Positions 41,966-51,672 of a stretch of DNA of 64,000 nt are shown here, piece by piece; within the stretch, counting starts at the first letter, position 1; each line of letters starts with the position of its first letter. Both the position numbers and the translations under genes were made by a program. The notes beneath the pieces are model-generated. The model made no database searches and had not been told where the DNA came from. It worked only from the letters and a program-made list of their open reading frames with translations. The stretch comes from Nitrospirota bacterium. Lineage in GTDB: Bacteria > Nitrospirota > Nitrospiria > 2-01-FULL-66-17. The DNA lies in NCBI GenBank assembly GCA_049325335.1, contig JBMOMC010000001.1, forward strand, positions 192,001 to 256,000, given 5' to 3'.

Positions 41966-44151
41966 ACCTCCGCCTCGCCCGGCACGGCGCGGCGCACCAG
42001 CACTTCGCGCGGTTTGCCACCGCTCGCGGGGCCGATGATCTGGTCTTCTTCCATCATTTCGATCATGCGGGCCGCGCGCGGATAACCCACGCGCAGGCGG
42101 CGTTGGATAAACGAAGCCGACGCTTGCCCCGTGGTCGCGACCAAGTTGATGGCCTTTTCGTACAAATCATCGCGCTCGGGGTCTTCGCCGCCCTTAAAAC
42201 CCGATGCGTCGGCCTCCTCCATTGACCATTCGTATCCGGGCGGCGCCTGCGACTTGACGAACTCCACGGTCGAGGCGATCTCCGCGTCGGACACGAACGC
42301 GCCGTGGATGCGCGCGATCCGGCCGGTCCCCGGCATCAGATAGAGCATGTCGCCGCGTCCCAGCAGTTGTTCGGCGCCGTTCGCGTCGAGGATCGTACGC
42401 GAGTCGGTCTTGGACGAGACCTGAAACGAGATGCGCGCCGGAAAATTCGCCTTGATCACCCCGGTGAGCACGTCCACGGACGGCCGCTGCGTGGCCAGGA
42501 TGAGATGGATGCCCGCGGCGCGCGCCATCTGCGCCAGTCGCATGATGGAGTCTTCCACCTCGCGCGCGGCCACCAGCATCAAGTCCGCGAGTTCGTCGAT
42601 GATCACCACGATGTACGGGAGCCGTTCCGGCGGCGTCGTGACGGAGATCTCCACGCCCGATTCCGACGACGTCACCTGCGGCTCGGCCGCGGCGGGCGAC
42701 GACGCCACCTGCTTGTTGTAGCCGTCGATGTTGCGCACGCCGGCCTCGGCCAGCAATCGATACCGCCGTTGCATTTCAGCCACCACACGCTTGAGCGCGA
42801 CCGAGGCGTCCTTGGGTTGCGTGATCACGGGCGCGAGGAGGTGCGGAATCGCGTCGTACGCGGACAACTCCAACATTTTGGGATCGATCATCAACATGCG
42901 GATATCGCGCGGCCCCCCGGCCGAGAGCAGGCTCAGGATCATGGTGTTGAGCGCCACGCTTTTACCCGACCCCGTGGCCCCGGCCACCAACAGGTGCGGC
43001 ATGGCCGCCAGATCCGTGACCACGGGTTGGCCCACCGTGTCCTTGCCCAGGGCCAGCGGCAAGCGCCCCGTGGTGTCGAGGAACTCGGGCGCGGAGAGAA
43101 TTTCCTTGAGCGCCACGGTCTCGCGCACCTGGTTGGGGATCTCGATCCCAATGGCGGATTTGCCCGGCAGCGGGGTGACGATGCGCACGCTGGGCGCTTT
43201 CATGGCCAACGCCAAATCGTCCGCGAGGTTCAGTACCTTGCTGACCTTCACGCCCGGTTCCAGCTCCACCTCGTACATGGTGATGACCGGCCCGGGGTGC
43301 ACCTCGGTCACCGCGCCCTGCACGCCGAAGTCTTGTAGTTTCTTCTCCAGCAGCCGCGAACTCATCACCAAGTCGTCTTTGCCGGTCTTGTGGGGCGCGG
43401 CCGCGGCATCGGCCAGCAACGACAAGGGCGGCACCTGATAGTTCGCATGGCCGCGCATGAAGGACAGGCTCTCCTGGCGCGCGGGCGCGGGAGGCGGTTC
43501 CGGGGCCTCGGCAATGCGCGGAGACGGAGCGGCGTCAGCCTTACGCGCCGCGGGCGCCGCATGTTTACGGCGGGTGCGGCCGCGGCGCACCGCCAGCATG
43601 CCCGTGACGCGGCCGACCACCGCCGACACCCAGGAGCCGCCGCGGCCCGTCACGTCCCGCAGCGACACCGGGAGGAACACGATCACCGCGATGATGCCCG
43701 CCGCAATGAGCACGATCAACGTGCCCCACCACGCAAACGCGCCCAATAAGAGGCCGGAGACGACCGCGCCCAGGATGCCGCCGCCGTAGATGTCTCCCTC
43801 GGGCAAATAGAGTTCGGTCACGGTCGCGATCGACACGGCCGCCAGGACGCCGAGACCCGCGCCGCGCCAGGTCCAGAGCGCGCGTTTACGCGCCATGCCT
43901 TGCCACGCGGCCAACGCCGCAACCAAGGGCAGGAGGTACGCCGCAGCGCCCCCGAATTGGAATAGGGCTTCCGACAGGTTCGCGCCGACCCGACCGGCCA
44001 AGTTGTGCACCGGATCGCGCGACGTAGAAAAGAGCGACGGGTCCGCCGAGGTGTGCGACAGGAGGCTGACGGCCAAAAACACCGACGCCGTCGCCGCGGT
44101 CACACCCAGAATTTCTTGGACCCGTTCGCGAGACATTCCAGCGACAGGCAT
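41962..44151 (-). CDS. ftsK: DNA translocase FtsK
   Basis: N-terminal TMs, PGPVITMYE, PHLLVAGATGSGKS, IDELADLM, ATQRPSVDV, gamma domain QRRLRVGYPRA. Confidence 0.97.
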   Translation of the reverse strand: MPVAGMSRERVQEILGVTAATASVFLAVSLLSHTSADPSLFSTSRDPVHNLAGRVGANLSEALFQFGGAAAYLLPLVAALAAWQGMARKRALWTWRGAGLGVLAAVSIATVTELYLPEGDIYGGGILGAVVSGLLLGAFAWWGTLIVLIAAGIIAVIVFLPVSLRDVTGRGGSWVSAVVGRVTGMLAVRRGRTRRKHAAPAARKADAAPSPRIAEAPEPPPAPARQESLSFMRGHANYQVPPLSLLADAAAAPHKTGKDDLVMSSRLLEKKLQDFGVQGAVTEVHPGPVITMYEVELEPGVKVSKVLNLADDLALAMKAPSVRIVTPLPGKSAIGIEIPNQVRETVALKEILSAPEFLDTTGRLPLALGKDTVGQPVVTDLAAMPHLLVAGATGSGKSVALNTMILSLLSAGGPRDIRMLMIDPKMLELSAYDAIPHLLAPVITQPKDASVALKRVVAEMQRRYRLLAEAGVRNIDGYNKQVASSPAAAEPQVTSSESGVEISVTTPPERLPYIVVIIDELADLMLVAAREVEDSIMRLAQMARAAGIHLILATQRPSVDVLTGVIKANFPARISFQVSSKTDSRTILDANGAEQLLGRGDMLYLMPGTGRIARIHGAFVSDAEIASTVEFVKSQAPPGYEWSMEEADASGFKGGEDPERDDLYEKAINLVATTGQASASFIQRRLRVGYPRAARMIEMMEEDQIIGPASGGKPREVLVRRAVPGEAEV

Positions 44152-44157
44152 CGGCGC

Positions 44158-44187
44158 AGTATAACAAAGGCCTTCCGCGGGTTTCAA
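44158..44187 (-). promoter_or_regulatory. Putative sigma70 promoter of ftsK
   Basis: TTGAAA-N18-TATACT with TGn extension, 6 nt before ATG 44151. Confidence 0.6.
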
Positions 44188-44212
44188 CGAACGCGCACCG
44201 CCGCAATTTTGC

Positions 44213-44242
44213 TTGACTTCACCCGCCGCCCTTCCCTATATT
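44213..44242 (+). promoter_or_regulatory. Putative sigma70 promoter of the cytochrome cluster
   Basis: TTGACT-N18-TATATT in an AT-rich divergent intergenic region. Confidence 0.6.
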
Positions 44243-44420
44243 TGGGCTTCTTTTAACCGGCGGATTTCAATTTGGAATTTCGCCCGACGGGTGCGATGCA
44301 ATTGGGAATTTTTCCCACTCCATGCGGTCTTAACCGGTAGCGTCTGAGGCGTGCCCGTCCTCAGGACCGGCAAGGTGCGTCACGGTCATGGGGTCGATCG
44401 CCCGGCGATTGACAGACAAC

Positions 44421-45218
44421 ATGAATGGCCCGCGTCGAATCGTCGTTCTCGCGGTCGTGGCGATCGCCGCCATGCCCTTGGCGATCGCGTTCGCCAACTC
44501 GATTAAAGGCTCCCGGCACGACTTGTCGGGACTGAATATGCGCGGGTACGGCACGGAGACCGGTCCCATGACCGGCGCCACGTTCAACGACTACCAAGAA
44601 GTGTGCGTGTATTGCCACACGCCGCACAACGCGGACGGCACCGCGCCCTTGTGGAACCGCGAGCTGCCGGCCCAGAGCGGGTACCTCATGTACTCGTCGC
44701 CCAATTTTGATTCCAAAGTCGATGCGCCGGACGGCATCTCCCTGGCGTGCCTGTCCTGTCACGACGGGACGGTGGCGGTGGACGCGGTGCGCAACAAACC
44801 CAAGTACCACGCCATCGTGGACGCGGGCACGCACTACAAGATGGACTTAGACGGCTCGCCGGGCAGCGACAGTTGCGGTAAGTGCCACAACCGACAAGAA
44901 GGCGCGTACGGCGGCATCGGCCGGGCGCACGACGCGTCGATTCGGTACCTGACCCGCGATCTGCGCGACGATCACCCGTTTTCGATCCCGTTCCCGTCGA
45001 TGCAACTCGACCCCGGATTTAATCAGCCCACCACGCTGAAGCCGGACGGGGGCCGCATGTTTCCCAACGGTATCCAAACCTTCGAAGGCGACAAGGTGCA
45101 ATGCGCGTCCTGCCACGACCCGCACGATCCGGATGAACGCAACGAACAGGGCCGTGACCCGTTTTTACGAACCTCGAACCGCGAAAGCGCGCTGTGTTTA
45201 ACGTGCCACGCGAAGTGA
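44421..45218 (+). CDS. Secreted OmcE-like multiheme cytochrome c, 5 CxxCH
   Basis: Signal peptide; SIKGSRHDLS, CVYCHTPH, PLWNR, CLSCHDG, extra CGKCH, DDHP, CASCHDPH, PFLR, CLTCH. Confidence 0.88.
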   Translation: MNGPRRIVVLAVVAIAAMPLAIAFANSIKGSRHDLSGLNMRGYGTETGPMTGATFNDYQEVCVYCHTPHNADGTAPLWNRELPAQSGYLMYSSPNFDSKVDAPDGISLACLSCHDGTVAVDAVRNKPKYHAIVDAGTHYKMDLDGSPGSDSCGKCHNRQEGAYGGIGRAHDASIRYLTRDLRDDHPFSIPFPSMQLDPGFNQPTTLKPDGGRMFPNGIQTFEGDKVQCASCHDPHDPDERNEQGRDPFLRTSNRESALCLTCHAK

Positions 45219-45223
45219 ACGAA

Positions 45224-46441
45224 ATGAAGATGACGAACCGGAGAGCCGGGGAACCGGAGAACCGGGGAAAGGACCGAGGGAGTGATCCGTCCGCTTTTTC
45301 ACCCCACCGCCGGTTCACCCCACCTCCCCACCGTCTCTTCGCCCACTCCCCCACTCCCCGGCTCCCCGGCTCGTCCCTTCTCGCTCTTTCGCTCCTGCTC
45401 CTCCTAACCGCCTGCGCCTCCACGCCACGGCCTGAGCCGGATTTAGTCTGGCCGTTGCCGCCGGAGACGCCGCGTATCAAGTTCGTGAAGAGCCTCTCGT
45501 CGTCCGCGGATGTCCGGCCCACGTCGTTCTCGCAACGGCTCAAATCCTCGATTATCGGGGAAGCGCAGACCGCCGCGCTGGGCAAGCCGTACGCGGTGCA
45601 CGCGGACCGCAAGGGTCGCGTGTATGTGGCGGACTCGGCATGGCGCAAGGTCTTGGTGTTCGATGAAACCGGCCAGGACTTCTTCATCCTGGGCACCGAC
45701 GGACCCGGCCTGTTGATCAATCCCCGCGGCGTCACCACCGACGCGGACGGCCGCGTGTATGTGACCGACGTGTCGCAACACCGCGTGGTGGTGTACGACG
45801 AGAAAGGCGAATTTGTACTGGCGATGGGTCTGCGCGGCCAACTGGACAAACCCGTGGGCGTGGCCGTGAACGACGCGCTCAAACGCGTGTACGTGGTCAG
45901 CACGGGCAGCACCGCCACCCAGAGCCATAAGGTCACGGTGTTCGACGCGACCAACGGCAATGTGCTCTTTGAATTCGGCGGCCGCGGCGTCGAAGACGGC
46001 AAGCTCAACTTCCCGACCAACGTGGTCACCGACGCCGAGGGCAAGGTCTACGTCATGGACTCGTTCAACTTCCGCGTGCAGATCTTCGACGCGGACGGCA
46101 AGTTCCTCTCCAAGTTCGGCGGCATCGGCACCGGGTTCGGCCAATTCTCCAAACCCAAGGGCATCGGCGTGGACAGCGAAGGCCACATCTACGTCAGCGA
46201 CGCGGCCTTCAACAACGTCCAGATTTTTGACCGGGACGGCCGATTGTTGTTGTTCTTCGGCGAAATGGGCACCCGACGCGGGCAGTTCTGGTTGCCAGCG
46301 GGACTGGCCGTGGATGGACACAATCGCATCTATGTGGCGGACCAATACAACAAGCGGATCAACATTTATCAATATCTATCCGAAGCCGACCGCACGGGCA
46401 GCGACCGGCCGCGGATGGACCAACCGTCGGTAACCAATTAG
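45224..46441 (+). CDS. NHL-repeat six-bladed beta-propeller lipoprotein
   Basis: LTAC lipobox, VWPLPPETPRI, repeated PxGV...GRVYVxD...R motifs; repeat-encoded N-terminal extension, so start uncertain. Confidence 0.9.
   Translation: MKMTNRRAGEPENRGKDRGSDPSAFSPHRRFTPPPHRLFAHSPTPRLPGSSLLALSLLLLLTACASTPRPEPDLVWPLPPETPRIKFVKSLSSSADVRPTSFSQRLKSSIIGEAQTAALGKPYAVHADRKGRVYVADSAWRKVLVFDETGQDFFILGTDGPGLLINPRGVTTDADGRVYVTDVSQHRVVVYDEKGEFVLAMGLRGQLDKPVGVAVNDALKRVYVVSTGSTATQSHKVTVFDATNGNVLFEFGGRGVEDGKLNFPTNVVTDAEGKVYVMDSFNFRVQIFDADGKFLSKFGGIGTGFGQFSKPKGIGVDSEGHIYVSDAAFNNVQIFDRDGRLLLFFGEMGTRRGQFWLPAGLAVDGHNRIYVADQYNKRINIYQYLSEADRTGSDRPRMDQPSVTN
45232..45375. repeat. 8-nt-periodic purine/pyrimidine hairpin element 1 (GACGA...TCGTC)
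   Basis: GACGAACCGGAGAGCCGGGGA left arm vs TCCCCGGCTCCCCGGCTCGTC right arm; 144 bp (multiple of 3). Confidence 0.75.
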
Positions 46442-46479
46442 GCGAGTCCGACGGTTTCACCGACCAGAAGGAGACGCGT

Positions 46480-47523
46480 ATGAAGGCAGTTCGGATCGGA
46501 GGATTCATCGCACTGGCCGCGGTCACGACCGTGGCCGTATGGGCGGCGAGCACCGCGTGGGCGGTCCATTGCGGTACGGGCAGCACGCCGAGTTGTACGG
46601 AAAACGTCCGCGAAACCAAACACAACCTTGCGGCCAACACCGACATCTTATCCACCGGTACCAGCGAGGTCTGCGTGTTCTGCCATACCCCGCACGGCGG
46701 GCGGACCGACGTGGCCGGCGGCGGCGCCCCGTTGTGGAACCGCGCATTGCCGCCTTCGGCAACGAGCGGGACCGGCGCGTTTACGGTCTATACCTCACCC
46801 AATTTCGATAATGACCTCGGCTCCGCATCCGCGGGCCCCAAGGGCGTGTCCTTGGCGTGTTTGTCCTGCCACGACGGGACCATCGCATTGGACGCCCTGA
46901 TCAATGCTCCGGGGTCCGGCGGCTTTGCCCCAGGTAACCGCAACCCCCTCAGCGGGAACTCCCCCGGAACCAGCTTAACCAGCCTGTCGTTTACCGGCCC
47001 GGGCGTGGACGGCACCGAGTCTCTTGGCGAAGGAGACCGTCCGGCTTCCCCATCCGGAGGCGGGTTTAACGGCGGGCTCAATGACTTTGTGGGCGGCGCC
47101 GGGATGGAACCGTTCCCGAACTTGAGCCGGAACTTGACCGACGATCATCCGATCTCGGTTCGTATGCCCAGCGCGGACCCGCAGTTTAACGACGCCCTGG
47201 CCGGCTCCACCACCTTGTCTGCGGGCGGCAACGTGCGATACGTCTCCCGAACCGGGGCTCAGATGCCGCCGGATAGCCGTGACCGCGTCCGGCTCTATAA
47301 CAGCGGGGGCACCAGCAGCGGGACCACTGTGGATTGGGTGGAGTGCGCCTCGTGCCACAACCCCCACACGCCCCGGACCACCTTCCTACGTCTTCCCAGC
47401 ACCCCAAGTGACGTCGGGGCTCCGGCGGACGGCAACGTCACGGTCGCGGCCGGCGCCACGCGCAACTTGAACCACGAACCGAATCAAGGAAGCTTGATCT
47501 GCCTCACGTGCCACCAGAAATAA
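46480..47523 (+). CDS. Secreted OmcE-like tetraheme cytochrome c (candidate major filament subunit)
   Basis: AAGGAG RBS; signal peptide ending AWA; TKHNL, CVFCHTPH, PLWNR, CLSCHDG, DDHP, ECASCHNPH, FLR, GSLICLTCHQK. Confidence 0.9.
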   Translation: MKAVRIGGFIALAAVTTVAVWAASTAWAVHCGTGSTPSCTENVRETKHNLAANTDILSTGTSEVCVFCHTPHGGRTDVAGGGAPLWNRALPPSATSGTGAFTVYTSPNFDNDLGSASAGPKGVSLACLSCHDGTIALDALINAPGSGGFAPGNRNPLSGNSPGTSLTSLSFTGPGVDGTESLGEGDRPASPSGGGFNGGLNDFVGGAGMEPFPNLSRNLTDDHPISVRMPSADPQFNDALAGSTTLSAGGNVRYVSRTGAQMPPDSRDRVRLYNSGGTSSGTTVDWVECASCHNPHTPRTTFLRLPSTPSDVGAPADGNVTVAAGATRNLNHEPNQGSLICLTCHQK

Positions 47524-47528
47524 CGGAG

Positions 47529-47560
47529 CGGCCGGGGTCGGCAACGGCCCCGGCCGGTTT
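47529..47560 (+). terminator. GC-rich stem-loop (terminator or 3' stabiliser) after the tetraheme gene
   Basis: CGGCCGGGGTCG-GCAA-CGGCCCCGGCCG: 12-bp stem with one G-U pair, GNRA loop, short T tail. Confidence 0.7.
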
Positions 47561-47657
47561 CGCGGTCCTTGTTCAGAGTCCATTCGCCCAGGTTTCGGCC
47601 TGGGCGAAACCGCTTCTGGCGGGCCCGTCCGCGCCATGTGGCGACGCACCGCGCACC

Positions 47658-48653
47658 GTGCGTCGGGCCGGTTCGCGACCCGCCGTCACGAACCGCGTGT
47701 TGGTCCCGACCGTGGTGCTGGCAACCGCGTGTTTTGCCGCCGCGGGTCTTGCGGCTGAGCCCCTTGCCGCCACGGTGAACGGCGTGGCCATCACGCTCGC
47801 ACAGGTGGACCGCGCGGTGGACGAGAAGGTGCCGCGTATGGCCGGGCACGGCACGTTGTCTGATGCGCGGCGCCAGGCGCTGCGGGCCGAGGCCCTGGAG
47901 GACTTGATCCAGGAAGAACTCATGGTCCAGGAAGCCAAGCGGCAAAAAATTACGATCGCCCCGGCCGCGGTGGATGAAGAAACCGCCAAGATTAAACGCC
48001 GGTTCACGGATTCCGCGCAGTACACCCGCGCCTTATCGCAATCCGGCCTGTCGGAATCCGATATCCGCGCCGGGGTGGAACGCTTTCTGCTGGTCAAACG
48101 GGTGACGGACAAGGCCGTGACGGATAAGGTCGCCGTCACCGACGCCGCGCTGAAAGCCTACTACGACGCGGACCCGTCGCGGTTCGTGCTACCGGAACAG
48201 GTCCGATACCGTCAGCTCTTGATCGCGGTTGATCCCGGCGGGAGCTCGTCGCAGTGGGAGGCGGCCAAACAACGCGCCGCGAGCCTGGCCAAGGAGGCTC
48301 GCGGGAAAAAATCATTCGCCGACCTGGCCAAGGCCCAGTCGGACGATGCCGCCACCCGCGAATCCGGCGGCGACATGGGCTGGGTCCATCGCGGCCGTTT
48401 GGAGCATGACCAAGACGCGGTAATTTTCGCCTTGCCCGTGGGCGGCGTGAGCGAGCCGGTCCGCACCCTGTACGGGTACGCGGTGTATCGCGTGGACGAG
48501 AAACAGGCGGCCAAAGCCTTGGCGTGGGAAGAGGTCAACAAACCGAGACTGGCCGAGGAACTACGTCTGGCGGAAACCACCCGCGTGCGCGCGGAGTGGC
48601 TCGCCGACCTTCGCCGCCGCGCCAAGGTGGAGGTGTCGTCCACCGCCCCATGA
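47658..48653 (+). CDS. Periplasmic SurA/PrsA-like peptidyl-prolyl isomerase chaperone (PpiC type)
   Basis: ATVNGVAIT, LIQEELMVQEA, FADLAKAQSDD...GGDMGW...VSEPVRTLYGY; start uncertain. Confidence 0.88.
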   Translation: MRRAGSRPAVTNRVLVPTVVLATACFAAAGLAAEPLAATVNGVAITLAQVDRAVDEKVPRMAGHGTLSDARRQALRAEALEDLIQEELMVQEAKRQKITIAPAAVDEETAKIKRRFTDSAQYTRALSQSGLSESDIRAGVERFLLVKRVTDKAVTDKVAVTDAALKAYYDADPSRFVLPEQVRYRQLLIAVDPGGSSSQWEAAKQRAASLAKEARGKKSFADLAKAQSDDAATRESGGDMGWVHRGRLEHDQDAVIFALPVGGVSEPVRTLYGYAVYRVDEKQAAKALAWEEVNKPRLAEELRLAETTRVRAEWLADLRRRAKVEVSSTAP

Positions 48654-50536
48654 GCGCGCGCCGCCCCATCCCGGCGCGCCGGATGAACCCTCGGCGCGCG
48701 GAGTCGCTCCACACCCGCGGCCGTGCCGCGCGGTTCGGGCCGGGCGCGTTCGCCGTAATCAGCCTCATCCTGTTCGCGGCAACACCCGCGCCCGCTATTG
48801 AGTGGCACGGGGTGGCGGAATTAACGACCCGGTGGTCGCGTTGGGACCATCGCGTGTTGAGCACGGACCTGACGCCCGCACGCACCAGCGGTCTCCAACA
48901 ACGGTATCAACTCGGCAGCTCGGGCAGCCTGTATCACCCCAACGTGGGAAGTTATATCGCCAACATTTCACTGGTTGACGACGTCGCGCGTGTCAACGAC
49001 GAAAAATCGCAGGACCTGGTCGTGAAGGATTACTACCTCGGGTTCAACTTCCTACCGCGTCAGACGCCGATTTCGCTCTACGCCCAACGCACCACCCAGG
49101 ACAACGAGGCGTTTCGGCCCGACACCTACGGGCCGGTCTCCGTCAACACCACGTACAACCTGACCTGGGACTTCCCGCTCAAGCGCCTGCCCCGTCTGCG
49201 GCTGAACCTGTCGCAGACCGACGTGCAAACCGACTCGCGCCTGGCGTCGTTGAGCAATGCAACGGGCCAAACCACCCGCGCCGCGGCGTTGGACACGGAC
49301 GGACAAGCCGGGAACACGCGTTTCTTTGCGCGGTATCAGCTCTCGGAACTCACCGGCGAAGTCGCGGACAACACCAGCCACACCATCACGGCCTCGACCG
49401 ACACCAAGGTGACGCCGGCCTTGTCCGCAGCCACCCGCGTGAACTACTCGTCCAACGTCACGACCATCGGCTCGGTCACGCCGGGCACGCTGCTACAACG
49501 CAGCGCGGGCGCCAGCGTGTTTTATCGGCCCAGCCTGCAAACGTCCTTGAGCGGAACCTACGACTACTACAAAGACCCGTTCGTCCGGCACCTGGCTCAA
49601 GGCTCCGCCGCTTTGCGGCCGCTTCAGGAGTTGGACATTTCCGCGGGGTACCGCCTGGCGCGTTTTGACCTGCGCGATTCTCTCACCGACTCGCACTACG
49701 CGTTCGCGAGCGCCAACTACCGCCCGTTCCTGGGGTTGTCGACGAACGCCACCGCCTCCATCGGCCTGACCGAGGTCAGCGGCGCCAGCGACGTACGCAG
49801 CCTGTATCAGAGTTACGGGTACGGGGCAAACTACTTAAAGACCCTCACACTGGTCACCTATCGCCTCGGGTACCAAGGCAACTACAGCGAGAACAAGCTG
49901 AACACCTCCGCCGGCACCTCGCGCGATTTGACCAATACCTTCTCCGCGGGCCTCAGCAACACGCAAACGCGCGTGGTCGCGCTCTCCGGAGACTACGCCT
50001 TGTCCCTCATTCGGCATCGCACCGCCGGGACCGACGCCTCCGATCAAGTCGACCATCGCGCGCAGGTGACGGCCACCAGCAGCGCGCCGCAGAATCTGTT
50101 TCTCACCGGAGACTTCATGGTCGTTTCCGCCCTGGCCTCCTACGCAGTCACTCAGTACCGGACGTTTTCCAACCACGTCCTGTTGCTAAGCGCCACCGAC
50201 ACGTACGAGACCGGCCGCGGCGTGGCCGCCACGGTCGGGTATACCTATGAACAACAGTCGCAACTGGATTACGACAACAAATCCACCAGCTTTATCCAGG
50301 TGCGCTGGTTGTCGTATATTGTGCGGAACGGATCGCTGGACCTGAACGCCAAGGAATCATGGGAACGCTACGCGGGCAACCAACAAGACGTCACCCGCAC
50401 CGAAGGCGGCGCCTTGTTCTCGTACTATATCGGGAAGCTGTCGCTGAGCGCGGACTACCGGCTCACGTTCGAGACGCGCACCGCGGATCGGCAACTCAAT
50501 CAGACCGCGTTTGCCAAGGCCTCGCGCTCGTTTTGA
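48650..50536 (+). CDS. Putative large outer-membrane beta-barrel protein
   Basis: Signal peptide (..APA/IEW), alternating amphipathic Y/T/S/G-rich strands throughout, no Cys, C-terminal Phe (AFAKASRSF); ATGA-coupled to the PPIase gene. Confidence 0.8.
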   Translation: MSARRPIPARRMNPRRAESLHTRGRAARFGPGAFAVISLILFAATPAPAIEWHGVAELTTRWSRWDHRVLSTDLTPARTSGLQQRYQLGSSGSLYHPNVGSYIANISLVDDVARVNDEKSQDLVVKDYYLGFNFLPRQTPISLYAQRTTQDNEAFRPDTYGPVSVNTTYNLTWDFPLKRLPRLRLNLSQTDVQTDSRLASLSNATGQTTRAAALDTDGQAGNTRFFARYQLSELTGEVADNTSHTITASTDTKVTPALSAATRVNYSSNVTTIGSVTPGTLLQRSAGASVFYRPSLQTSLSGTYDYYKDPFVRHLAQGSAALRPLQELDISAGYRLARFDLRDSLTDSHYAFASANYRPFLGLSTNATASIGLTEVSGASDVRSLYQSYGYGANYLKTLTLVTYRLGYQGNYSENKLNTSAGTSRDLTNTFSAGLSNTQTRVVALSGDYALSLIRHRTAGTDASDQVDHRAQVTATSSAPQNLFLTGDFMVVSALASYAVTQYRTFSNHVLLLSATDTYETGRGVAATVGYTYEQQSQLDYDNKSTSFIQVRWLSYIVRNGSLDLNAKESWERYAGNQQDVTRTEGGALFSYYIGKLSLSADYRLTFETRTADRQLNQTAFAKASRSF

Positions 50537-50580
50537 GGTGATGCAATGTGGAATCGCGTTGCGGTAGACTGGGAACCCCG

Positions 50581-51672
50581 ATGACGCTTCGCAACCGCTC
50601 ACCCTGGATATCCGCCGCAACGTCGGTCTGCGCCGCGCTGATGCTCGCGGCCTGCGCCGGCGCGCCGCCCGCGCCCGTTGCGCCCGTCGCGGCTCGCGTG
50701 TGGCCGCTCCCCCCGGACCCTCCGCGGATCGAATACGTCAAAGACCTTACCCAGCCCGAGGCGTCGCAAAAACGCAAGGGATTTTTCACGCGCCTGTTCG
50801 AACGCTTGGTCGGGAAAGATTCCGAAACGCCGGTTCGCATGATCCGTCCGTTCGCCCTCGTGACGAACGACGCCGGCGACCTGTTCGTCACGGACACGGG
50901 GTTGCAAGTCGTGCACCGATTCGCGGCGGACGGCGCGTACCAACAATTCTTTCGCCTGGATAAGGGACGCCGGCTGCTCTCGCCCACCGGGGTGACTCAG
51001 GACGCCGATGGGCTGTTGTACGTGGCGGATTCGCAGATGAACCGCGTGGTCGTGTTCGACCGCCGCGGCGCGTACCAACGCGAGTTCGTGGCGGATGACG
51101 ACGCGGTGCGGGTCTCGGGCATCGCGTACCACCCGGGCCGCGACGTGTTGTACGTGAGCGATGCCGGCGGACACAAAATCCTCCTGTTCGGCCGCGACGG
51201 CCGCAAGCGCTCCGAATTCGGGACGCGCGGTCCGGAGGCAGGACAATTTAACTTCCCCACGCACCTGGCGGTGGATGGGGCGGGCCGGTTGTACGTGACC
51301 GACGCCATGAATTTCCGCGTGCAAGTATTGGAACCGGACGGCCGCTGGGTGCGGTCCATCGGCCGGTTGGGCGCCACCCTGGGCAGTTTTTCCAAGCCCA
51401 AGGGCGTGGGACTGGATCAACACGGGAATGTGTACGTCGTGGACGGATTGTACGACACGGTGCAGATTTTCAATCCCGATGGGGAATTACTCATGAACTT
51501 CGGGAACGCGGGCCTTGGCGAAGGCGCGTTCTGGCTGCCCACCGGCGTGGCCGTGGACGGGCGGGACCGGATTTACGTGGCCGACACGTACAACGCCCGG
51601 GTGCAGGTGTTTCGGCTGCTGGCGGACGGAGAACAGACGAGCCGGGGAACCGGGGAGCCTGGGAACCGGTGA
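50581..51672 (+). CDS. Second NHL-repeat beta-propeller lipoprotein
   Basis: LAAC lipobox, VWPLPPDPPRI, FNFPTHL, FSKPKGVG, FWLPTGVA; paralog of 45224..46441. Confidence 0.9.
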   Translation: MTLRNRSPWISAATSVCAALMLAACAGAPPAPVAPVAARVWPLPPDPPRIEYVKDLTQPEASQKRKGFFTRLFERLVGKDSETPVRMIRPFALVTNDAGDLFVTDTGLQVVHRFAADGAYQQFFRLDKGRRLLSPTGVTQDADGLLYVADSQMNRVVVFDRRGAYQREFVADDDAVRVSGIAYHPGRDVLYVSDAGGHKILLFGRDGRKRSEFGTRGPEAGQFNFPTHLAVDGAGRLYVTDAMNFRVQVLEPDGRWVRSIGRLGATLGSFSKPKGVGLDQHGNVYVVDGLYDTVQIFNPDGELLMNFGNAGLGEGAFWLPTGVAVDGRDRIYVADTYNARVQVFRLLADGEQTSRGTGEPGNR

